From Azolla caroliniana (taxonomy: Eukaryota; Plantae; Polypodiophyta): a DNA stretch of 64,000 nucleotides. The position numbers and the translations under genes were made by a program. Below are positions 50,234 through 63,400 of the stretch, piece by piece. The DNA is taken from NCBI GenBank assembly GCA_043228905.1, contig JBHGNT010000022.1:6448001-6512000 (forward strand). Reading direction: 5' to 3'. Each line of letters opens with the position of its first letter. Positions within the stretch are counted from its first letter, which is position 1. Under the pieces are notes generated by a model. That model made no database searches and was not told where the DNA came from. It saw nothing but the letters and a program-made list of their open reading frames with translations.

Positions 50234-53200
50234 TCATTTGCCGGTCCCCCCCGATTTGTTCGGGTTGGTTCGTGTGGATACCGGATCCTTCTGTCGGTTT
50301 TCCGGGATAGTCTTTGTCAGTATCGGTGTCGGTTCTTCCTCGGTCCGAATATCTTCAGCAACGTCTGTCGGTGTCGATTCCTCAACTTGCCGGATTTCCG
50401 GGTTTTTCTTGAACGGGTTGGCTGGCATATTTCCCTTATACGGCTTTAGCCGAAACCCATTTGCCCACTTGCCGATGACATCTCCAGACAACGTGCCGAG
50501 CTGATACGACCCATTGTACTCCTTGGTGATCCAGAACGGTCCGGTCCACCGAAACCGCAACTTTCCCGGCATGTTCCCCATACGTGTCTGGAATAGTAGC
50601 ACCGGTTTCCCGACTTCGAACTCCTTTTCGTTGCCACGCTGGTGTCGGTCCACGAAAGCTTTTCTCCTCCTTTGCTCCAGTTCGAGTTGTAGTAAGCTGG
50701 CTATTCGGTTTTCTTCTAATTCCAACAACGTCGCCAACCGGATTCGTTCGGACTCGTTCTCACTTAAGCGCTCCTTTACCTGAATCCGTAAGCTGGGGAT
50801 CTGGAACTCTACCGGCATGACCGCTTCTAAACCGAATGCTAGTCGGAACGGGGTTGTCCGGATGCTGGTTTTGTACGTTGTTCGGTACGTCCATAGCGCG
50901 CTTTGCAATTTCGTATCCCAGTCGGTCCGGTTCTCGTTGACGATTTTTCGTAGGATGTTCTGCAGAGTTTTGTTCGTTGATTCCGCTAGTCCATTGGCTT
51001 GAGGGTAGTAGGGAGTACTCTTTTTATGTACCACCGCGTAAAATGACGTCAGGCTTTCTACTACCTGCCCGAGAAAATGTCCTCCTTGGTCACTTATAAG
51101 CTCGATCGGGCATCCATACCGGCACCATATGCACTCTTACAGGAACTTTGCTGTGGACGCGGCCGTGTTGTCCCGTAAGGCCTTTGCTTCTACCCATTTG
51201 GTGCAATAGTCGGTCGCCACTATGACATACCGATTTCCGGTTCGCATTGCCGGTGGCTTGAAGGGACCGACAAAGTCCAAACCCCACTTTTGAAACGGTT
51301 CCAAAGGCAAGACCGGGTGGTGTGGCATCCGGGCCTGCTCCGTGGGTTGGCCCAGTCGTTGACACAAATCGCATTCTCTGCTATACTTCACGGCATCTTT
51401 TAGGGTGGTGGGCCACCACAGTCCGCTCTGCCATATTTTCCGAGCGGTTGCGTCGCCGGCATAATGCCCGCCGGCAATTCCACAGTGGGCTTCCCTGAGG
51501 ATTAAATCCTTCTCATCGCTCCGCACTGCTCGTCTCCAGATGCCATCTGCCCCCTTGTGATAGAGGGTGTCTCCAACCAAGCAGAAATGTCTGCTTCTTA
51601 CTGCTACCCTTTTCCTTTCATCGCGGTCCATGTTCTCCAGGGGAACTCCGGTGCTCAGGAACTGATGCATCTCAGTTAGCCATGTGTCTTCATCGGCTAC
51701 CGTTGCATCCGTTGCCGGTTTCGTTGTGATCCGGAACAACTCGGCGTCGGGAAACTCATCCTGGACGCCGTCCCCTGCTTCTCCGGATTCGAGTCTGCTT
51801 AGGTAGTCCGCTACCGCATGCTGCGCCCCGGGTCGGTGGAAAATGTCGAATTCAAATTCCTGTAACAACAGTGTCCATCGTGCAATTTTTCCCGTCAGGG
51901 ATGCCTTCGAGACCAGGTAGAGTAGTGCCGAATGGTCGACATAGAAGGAAAACTTCCTTCCGAGCAGATAGTGCCTGTACTTTGTGACACTATACACCAT
52001 TCCCAATGCCTCGCGTTCCGTCGTAGAGTAATTCCGCTCGGCTTTTGAGAGTTTCCGGCTTGCGTAGTACACCGGTCGGTACCATTTCGGCTCCGTGAGT
52101 TGCATCAGAACGCTGCCAATTGCTACGTCCGACGCGTCGACGAAGACGTGAAAGCTTTTACTCCAATCCAGCGGTTGCACCACCGGAGCTTGCGACAGCA
52201 TAACCTTCAACGCTTGGTAGGCTTCCTCCTCCATCTCTGCCCATAGGAAGGGTACCCTGTGTACGGCAGTATGTAATGGTGTAGCGAAGTCTGCGAGGTG
52301 CCGTATCATCCGGCTATGCCACCTTATTTGGCCCAGGAACCGGCTTAAAGCCTTTGCGTTATTTGGTGCTGGTGCCTCGAGAATCGCCTTGACTTTATCC
52401 GGATCTACCGCGATTCCTTCCTTACTCACCACATGCCCTAGTAAGTTGCCGCTTGCCACTCCAAAGACGCACTTGGCCGGGTTCAGGTTCAAACGGTACT
52501 CGCGGCACTTCTCCAAGCACAGCCGGAGGTGATCGAGATGCTCTCCATGCCGGCTGTAGACCGCGAAATCGTCAAGGAAGACCTGCATAAAACCGGGGAT
52601 ATATTCCCCAAAAATTTCCATTATTATCCTTTGAAAGGTCGCTGGAGACGTCTTTAGTTCGAACATCATCACGACCGCGACGAACACTCCCCATTCCGTT
52701 ACGAACGCTGTCTTCTCCTGGTCAGCCGGGTTCATTCGTATTTGGTTGTAGCCGCTAAATCCATCCAGGAAGCTGTAAACTTCGTGGCCGGCTACCGCAT
52801 CTAACACCTCGTCCGTAAATGGTAGTGGAAACGCATCGGTCACTGTTGCGGCATTTAGTTTTCGGTAGTCCACGCATACCCGGATTTTGCCGTTCTTTTT
52901 CGGGACCACCACTATCGGACTTAGCCAGGTTGCCTGCTTGACCGGTCGGATAAATCCGACCCGGAGGAGCTTATCAATTTCCTCCTTCACCTTCGCCGCA
53001 TAATTCGGATTCATCCGGTACTTGCGTTGAGCGATCGGTTTCGCGTCCGTACTTAGGTGAATTTGGTGCTGATAGAGTTGGGGGTCCAGCCCTCGCATGT
53101 CTTCGTACGACCACACGAACACATCCTTGAAGTCTGTTAATAATGCTACCATTGCCTTCTTTTCTTCCTTCGGCAATTCCTTTGCAACATTTACCGGTCG

Positions 53201-53830
53201 GGGCTTGTCTGTTGTGCCGAGGTCCACCTCCTCTAGTTGGGATGCTTTTACTCTCTGGGATATCGTCATTTCCCTCTCTAGGGATTCCTGCGCTTGTCGC
53301 AGTTCCCGGATCACCGCTTGGTCCGGTTCATCCGGCGTTGTAATGTACGGTTCTATTGCCGCCGTGATATCCACCTCAAATAGTGGGACGATTCGTGGGT
53401 GTTCCTCGAGGTACCGCTCGACTTCCTCGTCCGGTAATCCCTCCAACATGTTAATGCTTTCCGCATACAATGGAGTTGCTTCCTTACTGGTGATCACCCG
53501 TGGTTGCGTCGTTACTCGTACCTTTGTTTTCCCTCGCCGGAATGTGATCATGTTCTTTTGCCCGCTCTGCTTGATATGCGCCGTTCGCAGCCATGGTCGT
53601 CCTAGCAGTAGGGGGTACGCGCCTTGTACATTCAGCTGCAGCACCACGGCCGATATCCGGAATACGTGGCCTCCGATCGTTACTTCCAAATCCTAGATAA
53701 GCCCGGTCGGTCGGACTGAGCTGGTATCCGCCATGCGTAACCAGAAGGGGCATGGTTCCCATTCCCGGATGCCCAGGTTGTTGCATGTCTGTCGGCTGAT
53801 GACATTTACCCCGGAGCAATTTCCTTTCCT
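50234..53830 (-). pseudogene. E4 pol (PR-RT-RH-IN)
   Basis: ORFs 51137-53689 ([41 protein letters not shown]) and 50234-51034 (QANGLAE, RWTGPF). A few stops. No additional RNase H domain seen. Confidence 0.93.
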
Positions 53831-53831
53831 T

Positions 53832-56034
53832 TCACGATTGCAGTGGTCCTTCCTCCGGGTTGGAGAAGAATGCCGGTGCTGGCGTCGGCTTCGGTTTGCT
53901 CACGGATGCCTGTAAGTCTGCCGTAAACCGTGGCACCAACTGTAGTAGTCGTGCTAATGGCAACACGATTTGACAGTCCTGTAGCGCGTGCCACGTCGGG
54001 TTTTCTCCTGGCTGTATGATTTCTTCGTCTTTTGGCATATTTTGGTCTCTTACTTCTGCCGCATTCTGTTCATTGGCCTGCTTGATCCATTGTGCCGCTT
54101 GTTTTCTGATTGCCTCCTGGGCTTCCCACTCGGCAGTCTTTCCCTTTGACCGGGTTGTGACCTGCTGTACTTCTGTTATTTCGGTTGTAACCATGTTGAT
54201 TTCCGGCTGCTTGTCATTGGTTTTGCTTGGGCATTGGTTACTATAGTGGCCTTCCTTACGGCAGTAATAACAGTACACCTTGTGACTGTTGCTCGTTTCT
54301 CCTTTGTCCCCGGTTTGGAGGGTGGGTATGCTCCGGCGGTCGTCTTCGGTTTTTCGGTTATCTGGTACCGATACCGGGTTGTCATTCCTCGCTACCTCCC
54401 GACGTTCCTCTCTTCGGAAAAATCCACGCTTCTGATTCCGTCGGAAATTTCGGTTCCCTTATCGCCTCTCTTCTCTGCGTCGTTCGTATTCTGGGGATTC
54501 GTCTCGGTCGTACCGGTCCCGGGGGTAGCTATCTCTGTGTCTCTCCTCTCGGTCATAGTTATCGCGTCTTCTATCAGTGTATCTGTTACCGCGTTCGCGT
54601 TGGTAGCAGTCGTCTCTCCGGAATCGATCCTCGTCCGGGTTCTGATTGCGCGGTTCTATGTGTCGAACCGGTGCTGCCTGCCGATTTAACAGGTTATATT
54701 CGCATTGGTCCGTTGTATGGGCTCGAGAGTTGCAGATCATACATTGTGTCCGCAGGGTGTAGTCTACTGTTGAGTGCCCCGAATTTAGGCATGTTGTGCA
54801 TTGTAAGGCCTGTCGGAACCTCAGGTCTTCCTCCTTCGGGAGTGCCCGGTGTAACATCCCCATCGACAAGAAGGGGCTAGTCTTGTCCATTTCTAAAACC
54901 CGATCAATAACTTGGTCCATTGTGCTGGTTTGGAAATCAAGGACTCCGCACATTGTTCGAAGTGGCTCTTTCAGCGCGGCCAAAAAGACTGCTTTGGCTT
55001 CGTCTTCGGGTGGTGCTCTTGTCAGTTGGCTGTGCAGGGTCTGAAACCGAATGATGAATTGTGGCACAGTCTCGTTCTCTTCTTGCCGGGTGGTGTAGAA
55101 CTGCCCGACCAATTCCCTTTGCTCAAATTGTCTGTGAAAAAGCCTGAGGAATCTGGCCTTCAAGGCATCGAATGTGGCAAAGTTGCCTGGTAAGTGCTTT
55201 GCATGCCATCGGGCCGCCGGTCCTTCTAAGGTTATGCCGAATTCGGCGACTTTGGATCGTTCGGCTTCGGGCTCCGTCAGTCTTTGGGAGACATGGTTGG
55301 CTTCCCATGTTTGGAGGAATGCGTACACGTGTGCCTCCGCATCGGCCTCATCCCGGTACTTTGGGTATGGGTACGGCATCGTGTCGTCCAACTGACTCTC
55401 CTGCTTCCTCCGCTCTCTGTCCGCTGTTGGCGTTGGTGTGAGAACCTTTGGTTCCTCCGCGGGTGTTGCCGGTGTTGCCGGTGTCCGGTCCTTTGGTTCC
55501 TCCGCGGGTGTGGTCGGTATCCGCTCCTTCGGTTCCTTCGCGGGTGTTGTCGGTATCCGCTCCCTTCGGTTCCTTCGTGGTTGTTGTTGGTATCCGGTCA
55601 GCCTCCCTCGGCGATTGCCGGTCACCGAATTCCAGGGTTATTTCTTCCTCTGGCTCCGGTGTTACTGAGTCTTCCGACCCCTCTTCCTCCCGGTCATTTG
55701 GTGTGTTGTGGCTGCTTTTATACCGGGATGCAACGCTTCCGTCGCTTTCCGACTCCGCCTCAAGTGTTGCGAATGCTTCCGAGTCCCCGTCGCCCCCGGC
55801 GAGCGTCTGTAGTATCGTTTCCGCCTCTTGCAGGCTTGTTATGCTACTGCCTTCATCGGGGATTTGCAGAACCCGGAACTGCAGTGCTTCTTCTGCGACT
55901 CTCCGAAGAGTTTTGGAGAATGACCGATCCCACCGGATCTCGTCGACGGTTTGCTGCAGGGCTTCCCGTCGTTGCTCGCGTTCGGTGTATCGTCTCCCTC
56001 GTTCGGTGATGTGGTCGTCGTTTGGTCTAGACAT
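53832..56034 (-). pseudogene. E4 gag with three CCHC-type knuckles, frameshifted
   Basis: ORFs 55348-56118, 54459-55625 and 53832-54278 (CTTCLNSGH, CMICNSRAHTTDQC, CYYCRKEGHYSNQC). Confidence 0.88.
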
Positions 56035-56477
56035 CCATCCCTCGGTTGTCCTCTGCACTTTGCAGGAATCGTGGTCGCCAAAATAGTGTTGTCTGCCTGG
56101 CCGGACTAGCCTCAACATAGGTGTCTATCCGACACTTCTCCAAAGGGGTTGGTAAGGATTGGATGCTAGGTTACACGCGTAAGATAATTACGATTAAGCA
56201 CAGACGGTAAACAATACGAAGATACAGATAAACACGCAATAATTACTACTGTATTCCTTCCGTCCAACCCTTTACAATTCATCGGATCCTTTTATAGGCA
56301 TCCGGCAAGGTTACAATCGGTGCGCTTAGGCAACCGACATCCGAATCGGTCCAGATCCGGATCGGTACAACTATACCGGATCCATCCCTCCGAATAATAA
56401 TTCTACTACTATTTACTTCCTATTATCCGATCTGACTCCGCCTTCCCACTTGTCCTTGCTCTTCTGACTGGCCAACA

Positions 56478-56740
56478 ACTTGCATGTAAAGTGGTACTCA
56501 TCCTCAAAGGCTTGATGAGATATTCTATCATGTGGTTGGCTTTGTATCCTATGAATAAAGACTACAAGTTGAAAAAGTGTCTCTACTAACATCGGGGGTA
56601 AAGTGAACTCAACCCTAATAATGTCATGTGGTATTGTCAATTTGCTTCGGAGTTGGCGTGATAACATCATCCCCAATGGTCTCTCTAATTGCGTCCACAT
56701 GAAGGATGGTAGCCTTGGAGCCCAAACCACAGATGCATAC
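56478..56740 (-). pseudogene. LINE ORF2 remnant (right part)
   Basis: YASVVWAP...AFEDEYHFTCK, continuous with 46474. Confidence 0.6.
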
Positions 56741-57439
56741 ATGAGAGAGAGAGAGATAGAAAGAGAGATTGTGTGTGTGTTCGAGTATTGGACTAATCGT
56801 TAGTCCCCCCTCCCATGACTGCTTCAAATTGTGCAATGGACTCGGGTCGCTCATGGCCCCCTCAATTATGTATATATGTGTGTCTCTAAGGATGCCATCG
56901 GTATGTTCCATGTGTGTGTGACCTATCTTTTTCATACACGAGTGTGATTGAGGAGGAAAGGATGATAGGCGTTGACGCCTCACATTCACAAACTCCCTTT
57001 TTGTTGAAGCCCCTTTCGCATTTGCTATGTTGCAAATTTTCGCATGTTTTCTCTACCCTTTCAATTCATGGGTCTTCACTCAGGAAGCTAGAATTAACAA
57101 CAATTGGAGTATGGGAAATGGGTTGGGTTGTTTTCATGTGTCTCTGTGTAGTATTACAATAAGTAAGGTGGTGGAAAGGAAAATCAATTCGGCAATCTTT
57201 TGCAAACTTGAGCTTCATAGGTATGACCTCATGGCTTCCCTTTTACATCACCAGAGAGTGTCTACCTTGCCATTAGATCCTCTGAAGTGCAATGCAAACA
57301 ATCGATTCATCTCTTTTTTATGGCCAATTTGACCTTAAATGGCCGTTAATTTAAAAATAGTGGGGACAAATGAAATTAATCTTGCTATTTCTAAACTCAA
57401 AATGTTTTTGGCAGAGGGATACATTTGGGGAGGGAAACA

Positions 57440-58100
57440 ATATATATGTCAAAGTATTTGAAATGTGCCAAAGTTTTATATTTGATAATAGAGGACATAG
57501 ATGCTTAGAGCCTTACATGTTAATTTGATTCCTGTTGAGAATCAAGCTCAACTTGGTCTAGTGTGTGAACACACCTTGAGAGTGAATAGACACTCCAACG
57601 GTCAAGAGTCACCATTATGTCACCTCTTTGTATTCTAGCATTTAGTATGAGCCATAGAATCATATTCTATGACATATAACTTATGAGCTTTCACCTCTCT
57701 TTTTTTGGAAAAGAAAAAAAACAAGTCATGATGATGACTGTTATTTCTTTGCGTTTTCCTAACATTAATTAAGCCACGATGATGATTATTATTTCTTTGC
57801 ATTTTCCAAACAGCTAAAATCAATCTTGTGATTTCTAAACTTAGGAAGTTTTCTACGGAGGGATGCATTTGGATAAGGGAAAAATGTATATGTCAAAGTA
57901 TTCAAAATTTGCCAAAGTTTAATATTTGATAATAGAGGACATAGATGCTTAGAGCCTTACATGTTAATTTGATTCCCATAGATAAAACAAGTCATGATGA
58001 TCACTATATTAAACATAAAGGTGTCATGCATTATGTTAATTTGATTCCCATAGAGAAAACAAGTCATGATGATCACTATATTAAACATAAAGGCGTCATG
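57440..58100. repeat. Local direct and tandem duplications (about 90-bp and 70-bp units)
   Basis: tatgtcaaagtatt..gataatagaggacatagatgcttagagccttacatgttaatttgattcc at about 57445 and 57890. aaacaagtcatgatgat recurs. Confidence 0.65.
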
Positions 58101-58274
58101 CCTTAGAAAATTGGATATCTTAAACATTTTATTCCATCTCAACTTTATGAAATTCAAAAGAGACTGGGCTAAATGCAATGCTCCAAGACTAATGAGTGTT
58201 AAATACATCCAAATTGTTTAGTGCATGCAATTATCCTTTTGATGATTTTATAATGGATTCCAATGCGATAGTTA

Positions 58275-58700
58275 AGACTAATGGTAGTCCGACCCTCGAA
58301 GAAGCTCTATGTAAGGCATCTAAAAAACTAATCTATTTATTAAAATTTTGCAAGTGAGAGATTCTAATATCGCCCACCTCGGTAATAATCAGAATTCTTT
58401 GGACTTAGCCAAATCGTCTTTACAATTGGATAGTGTGGGAAAATCAAGAGAAGTTCTTACAAATACATTCATTGATAAACTGGAATCACCTGCTAGGGCT
58501 TTTAATTGTCTTAAACGGGCTGAGATACATACAAAAATGATTTACTTAACTATAATCGGGATGATTTGCTTAAACTAAAGAGTTTTGGAAAAAAATCCGT
58601 AGATCAGGTTTCAAAAGCTTCGTGGGAACGTTTCGCCGCAGAATTACCCAGTAGCAAGGTGCACATGGATTAGGAATAAAAGGTCTTTTCTTAGAATCGT
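58275..58700 (+). pseudogene. rpoA: Nuclear plastid DNA insertion (NUPT): 3' part of plastid rpoA
   Basis: TNGS.T.EEAL..ASKKLI, FIDKLESPARAFNCLKRAEIHT, then after a frameshift DLLNYNRDDLLKLKSFGKKSVDQV..MD* (RNA polymerase alpha CTD). Confidence 0.88.
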
Positions 58701-58879
58701 ACTCGTGTTGTGGGCCAGCTTTTGATTATGCATTTACAACCAATTGTTGATGTATGTTTTGAGCCAGTGCATGATGCAAAGGATGGTGATCTGGAATTTC
58801 TTTGGCAATGATAATAATCTGCATTTGGATTGTGATTGTTACACTAGGCAAGAAGCGTGGAGTAGGGTTTGAAGAATGG

Positions 58880-59040
58880 CGGATTGACAAGATAGTTTCC
58901 CTCATTTGAGGAAATAGCTAGGGCGAGATATTTTGGTTATTCCACCTTGTACCTTTTCTTGTGAGAAAGGGTTCTCTAAGAAAATTGTCATTAAGAAAAT
59001 GAAAAGAGTATATGTTGAAGACAATATTTGGTCTTTGTTG
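58880..59040 (+). pseudogene. Possible hAT transposase C-terminal dimerisation-domain remnant
   Basis: LVIPPCTFSCEKGFSK resembles the IP.S....ER.FS motif. Confidence 0.4.
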
Positions 59041-60475
59041 AGCCAATGCTATCTCTCGTGAATTCGCTTTATCTCATCCCATGATTTTAGCAGGCTCATC
59101 TAGATAGGTGCATCCTCAAAGAGTATCCCCAAATATGTTGTGATATTTTACATGAATGACTTGAAGAATTAACACCACCTTGTTGAGTTAAAGAAGACCT
59201 TGATCCCTTGCCACACTTTGGTTGAAATGACTCTTGATTCTGGTGAAAATATTCAAATTTGGGCCTAATCCATGAATTCACACCTCGTCATCTTGGAGGC
59301 ATCATTGATGCCAAATGCTTTGTGCAACGCACACTTGAAGCTTGCCCCAATTGTCTCACCTTCCATGAGTTCTTGAATTTGATCTTAAAAGCTGCCATGA
59401 CTTAGATCTAGAACTTGTTCAACTAAGAAAAACATCAATGGTTAAGGTTTTCCTCCGTAAAGCATCTTCAACTTATAGTTTTGCAGGTAGCGCGAGACAT
59501 TTTGATTATCAAATTGGCCAACACCAATTGGCGCACATGTTTCAAACTTTCCATGCACTTGCACGTGCTTTAACTTATAGTCAAGTACTCATATAACTAA
59601 TTTGTCTTTGTCTAATTTACTATAATAAAACTATTTCATATATAATTTCTAGGCGTCTCATAAGAGTCTCAATAATGTCTCAAGATATTGTGATTAAAGG
59701 GGCAGTTCACCTCAATACTTAGTTCCCATGTGTCATAACGACATAGTTCACAACTATAGAATAAGGCTTTAGTGACCCAAAAACACATCGTTATGGGTGT
59801 TGCTAATTGCATCACTTGTGTATTGTTGTTTGTGGGATGTAATTAACGATGCATAGATGGCCATCACACAACGACATACAGGAAGCATCAACTATCAATG
59901 CCCTACAATGTTATCCGTGGGATTGTAAGTGTATGAGTGTATAAGTGATGGTACGTGGATAGATAAGTGTAAAGTCTTTGTGTTAAAAGTCATGTTGTAA
60001 GTGTGTGCAAGTGTGCACAAGTGTAACTGTGAGTATATTAATATGTATAAACACATGCACATTTATTTGAATGTGTGCAATGTTGTAAAGTGGGTCTAGG
60101 TTGTTAGTGTTGGGAAAATAGGTGGTCACTCCGAATGGGAAGAAGAGAACGAACCAAATCGAAGACACATGGGTAATTCGGTCGAGGCCGAAATCAGAAA
60201 TCGAAATTGAAATCGATTTTATAACCAATTCGAGAGACTATATTTGTAAATAGTCAGAATATGTCCCGTGTGGGCTATATCTGTAAATAGCCAGAAAGTT
60301 GTATAAGTATAAATAAAACTAGGGCAAACTTTATGAGGTGTAGTTGATCATTATCAGTTATATAGTTGAACAAGGTAGTTGTCTCTGTAACAACTAGTGA
60401 GAGTGAGAGTGAGAGTGAGAATAGTAACTCTGCCACCATCTGTTAGATGAAGACGAGCTCAAGGTTATTGCCTTC

Positions 60476-63400
60476 TGTGAAAGTGTTTTTAGAATTCAAG
60501 GTATTGAAGTCTACAAGAATATAAGGTATGGTGTGTTCACATCCGGAGGGCAAGATCACGAGCTAAGGTCTTGAGGATAAGTCAAACTAAAAACAAGAAA
60601 GATGGAGAAAAGTAAAAGAAGGAAAAAGCAGACCACCAAAAAGCAGTCAGAAACAAACGCTCATAACTCTCTCGTTTGACACCCAAATATCACGTGTAAA
60701 TATGGTTTAGAAAGGTTGTGAAGAGAGCTATCCGTAGCTTTTTAAAACTCTAAATTTGGAGCATGGATGAGGGAGATATGACGATTAGAAGATCGTTGTG
60801 TCATAGCTAAGAATAGGAGATGGAAAAGCTGTAAAAAAAGCGTGGAAAAGAAAGCAAGCGAAACTTATCTACTAGAGGAGAACTTCATATAAAGCAAGAA
60901 GAGTGAGGTGGTGAGGAGGAGTTTTTTTCGGGTGGTGTTTTTCTTGCCTATTCATGTAGTGCGTTTTTCTAGTGATCAATTGATCCTTGTAGGCTTGAGT
61001 TTATGTATCTTCTTTCTCTTGTTTTTATGATCATCACTCCTTATTAATATATCTTTGTAGATTTGGATTTCTATATCTTCCTTCTCTCTCTTTTCTATCA
61101 TCATCTCTCTTTTCATTTTGGCGCTCCAGGGAGGGTCGATCTTGTCCGTATAAGGGGAGGAACGGTTGTCCATTAATTGATGGTTGGATCTACCGATTCA
61201 TCATCAAACTAATGGCAAGATATGGAGTTCGCGATGCGACAGATCTACGAAGAGAAATTTTCCAATTGCGTATGGTTTCACCAATGTGCTACCTCGAGTA
61301 TGAGAAGACGTTTTTGGATATATGGTCCACTTGGATTGGACTTGTTGGAGGCGTTGAAGATGTATACTTCAAGATGGAAAGATTCAAAGCAGGGCTAGAT
61401 CCATATTTTCAATATGAAGTGCATATGAAGTACCCAAGGTCTTTCCATGATTTGCTTCGAGTATGTCAAAGTTATGATCAACAATTGAAGAAGTTGTTAT
61501 TCGGTGAAGCATATGGATTATCGGCGTCATATACCATAAATCCAAGCTATAATAATTGTGGATCGGTCATGAGCCAACAACCCGCCTACTTGCAATGTCC
61601 GATTCAACAGGTTCCCTCATATCATTATTCTAATTTTTGGAGTTATTATGATGTCTATGAAGGTGATTCCAGAGACAATGAAGAAGAGGTGATGAATGTG
61701 GAGTCTCCCCATCTAGTTCATGAGGACAACCATGATATAAAGAATGATGATGTGAAAGACGAATCTAATGAGATTGTTATGAGAAGCGATGTTATGGATG
61801 GTGATGCCAATGTACATCATGTTGAGGGCATTATTGATACAACAAGTGATATGGTGGTTGATGATGAATATGTGCAAGATGAAATGGAAGATATGACAAA
61901 AGAAGTTGTTGATGGTGAAGTACCCACAACGAAGTTGCAAGATGAAGAAGGTAACCTAGAAGTGATAGCTGGAGATTGGCTTTTGGAGATCAATGCGTGT
62001 AAGGAAGCATTGGTAAGTGCCAAGTTGCAGTGTATGAAGGTGTTCGTGCATGATTTATGTTTTGGATTTGCATTGAGTAGCAACAAAGTTATGTGGGCAT
62101 CAACTCTTCAACAACAATTTGACCAAGAGCCAAGAGATTTACTTGTAATGCATGATTGGAGTATCATTAACTTATCACCATCAAAGGATCCACCACAACT
62201 AATCAAATGTATAAAGGAGAAGGAATCATCTATCGACATTGGCAAGCAAGAAGAGGAAAGCATAACAATTGATGAATATTCGTTGGATAGGGAAAACAAA
62301 TCCTTCCACATGGTGTCTAAGGAGGAAGAAGAAGTCATTGAAGAGAAAAGCATTATCACCTTGGAGAAGATGATTTCAAGCTATATCCAAGGAGAAGAGC
62401 ATCTAAGGTTTAGTTCTTTTCTTTTTGAGTTTCCAAAATTACTCATAAATGTCTATTCACATATAAAAGGAGAAGATTGCTCCAAAGACCTTATCAAATT
62501 GAAGGTACCAATTGCCCAAACTCTTCAAGAATCTAAGGTTGTGCAAAAGAAAGATCATAAAGCATTGTTACAAGAGAGTTTCATTTATCATATGGAGGAT
62601 TTGAAGTGTATATCACCTATTGTTGTGGTTCCAAAGGAGAAAGACGTCAACTTCCAACCCTTGAATGAGTCAACCAAACGAGATTTATTTTTTCTTCCTT
62701 TTCGAGATGAGATTCTAGATGAAATGGTCATACATAAAAAACAAGGTAATGTGGAGAATGTGGTGTGCCAAGAAGAAAGTCATGTTGATGAAGCAAAGAT
62801 CGACGTAATTCAAAATATGACAATTCTGACAAGTATCGAAGCTTTAAAGGTATTTGTACAAAAGGTTCGTTCGCTCGAAAGGTTTATTCATATGTTGACA
62901 TGCTTACTTCTCTCAAGACCTATGTATCGCATGATCCTACTCGTGTTTCGAGAGTTGACAAAGACATAGTAATTGTGGTGACCTCTTTCTTTGTGTTGAC
63001 AAGGAGAAAGATGGTGATGGCAATTGTCAATGTGTATGTGTGTGTGTTTAGAAGTGTGAGGTTTTTCCTATCGACTAGCGGGGGTTTTACTCACATAGTT
63101 TGTTTCTTTTCTATTTATTTTCTCCTTCTTTGTCTATAGCTATGAATAAGGCGAAGGAGAACCTTTAGTTTTATTAGTAGCTTAGGGTTCACCATAAATG
63201 GTTCACGAAAAAGCAAGGGGGAGGGCTAAATGTGAAAGTGTTTTTAGAATTCAAGGTATTAAAGTCTACAAGAATATAAGGTATGGTGTGTTCACATCCG
63301 GAGGGCAAGATCACGAGCTAAGGTCTTGAGGATAAGTCAAACTAAAAACAAGAAAGATGGAGAAAAGTAAAAGAAGGAAAAAGCAGTCAGAAACAAACGC

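Larger units (their letters stand above)
46475..56477 (-). mobile_element. Full-length Athila-like Ty3/gypsy element E4 (10.0 kb)
   Basis: LTRs 56087-56477 (5') and 46475-46864 (3'), about 98% identical by eye. TSD acttg. PBS tggcgaccac 56071-56080. gag, pol and an extra ORF. Confidence 0.96.
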
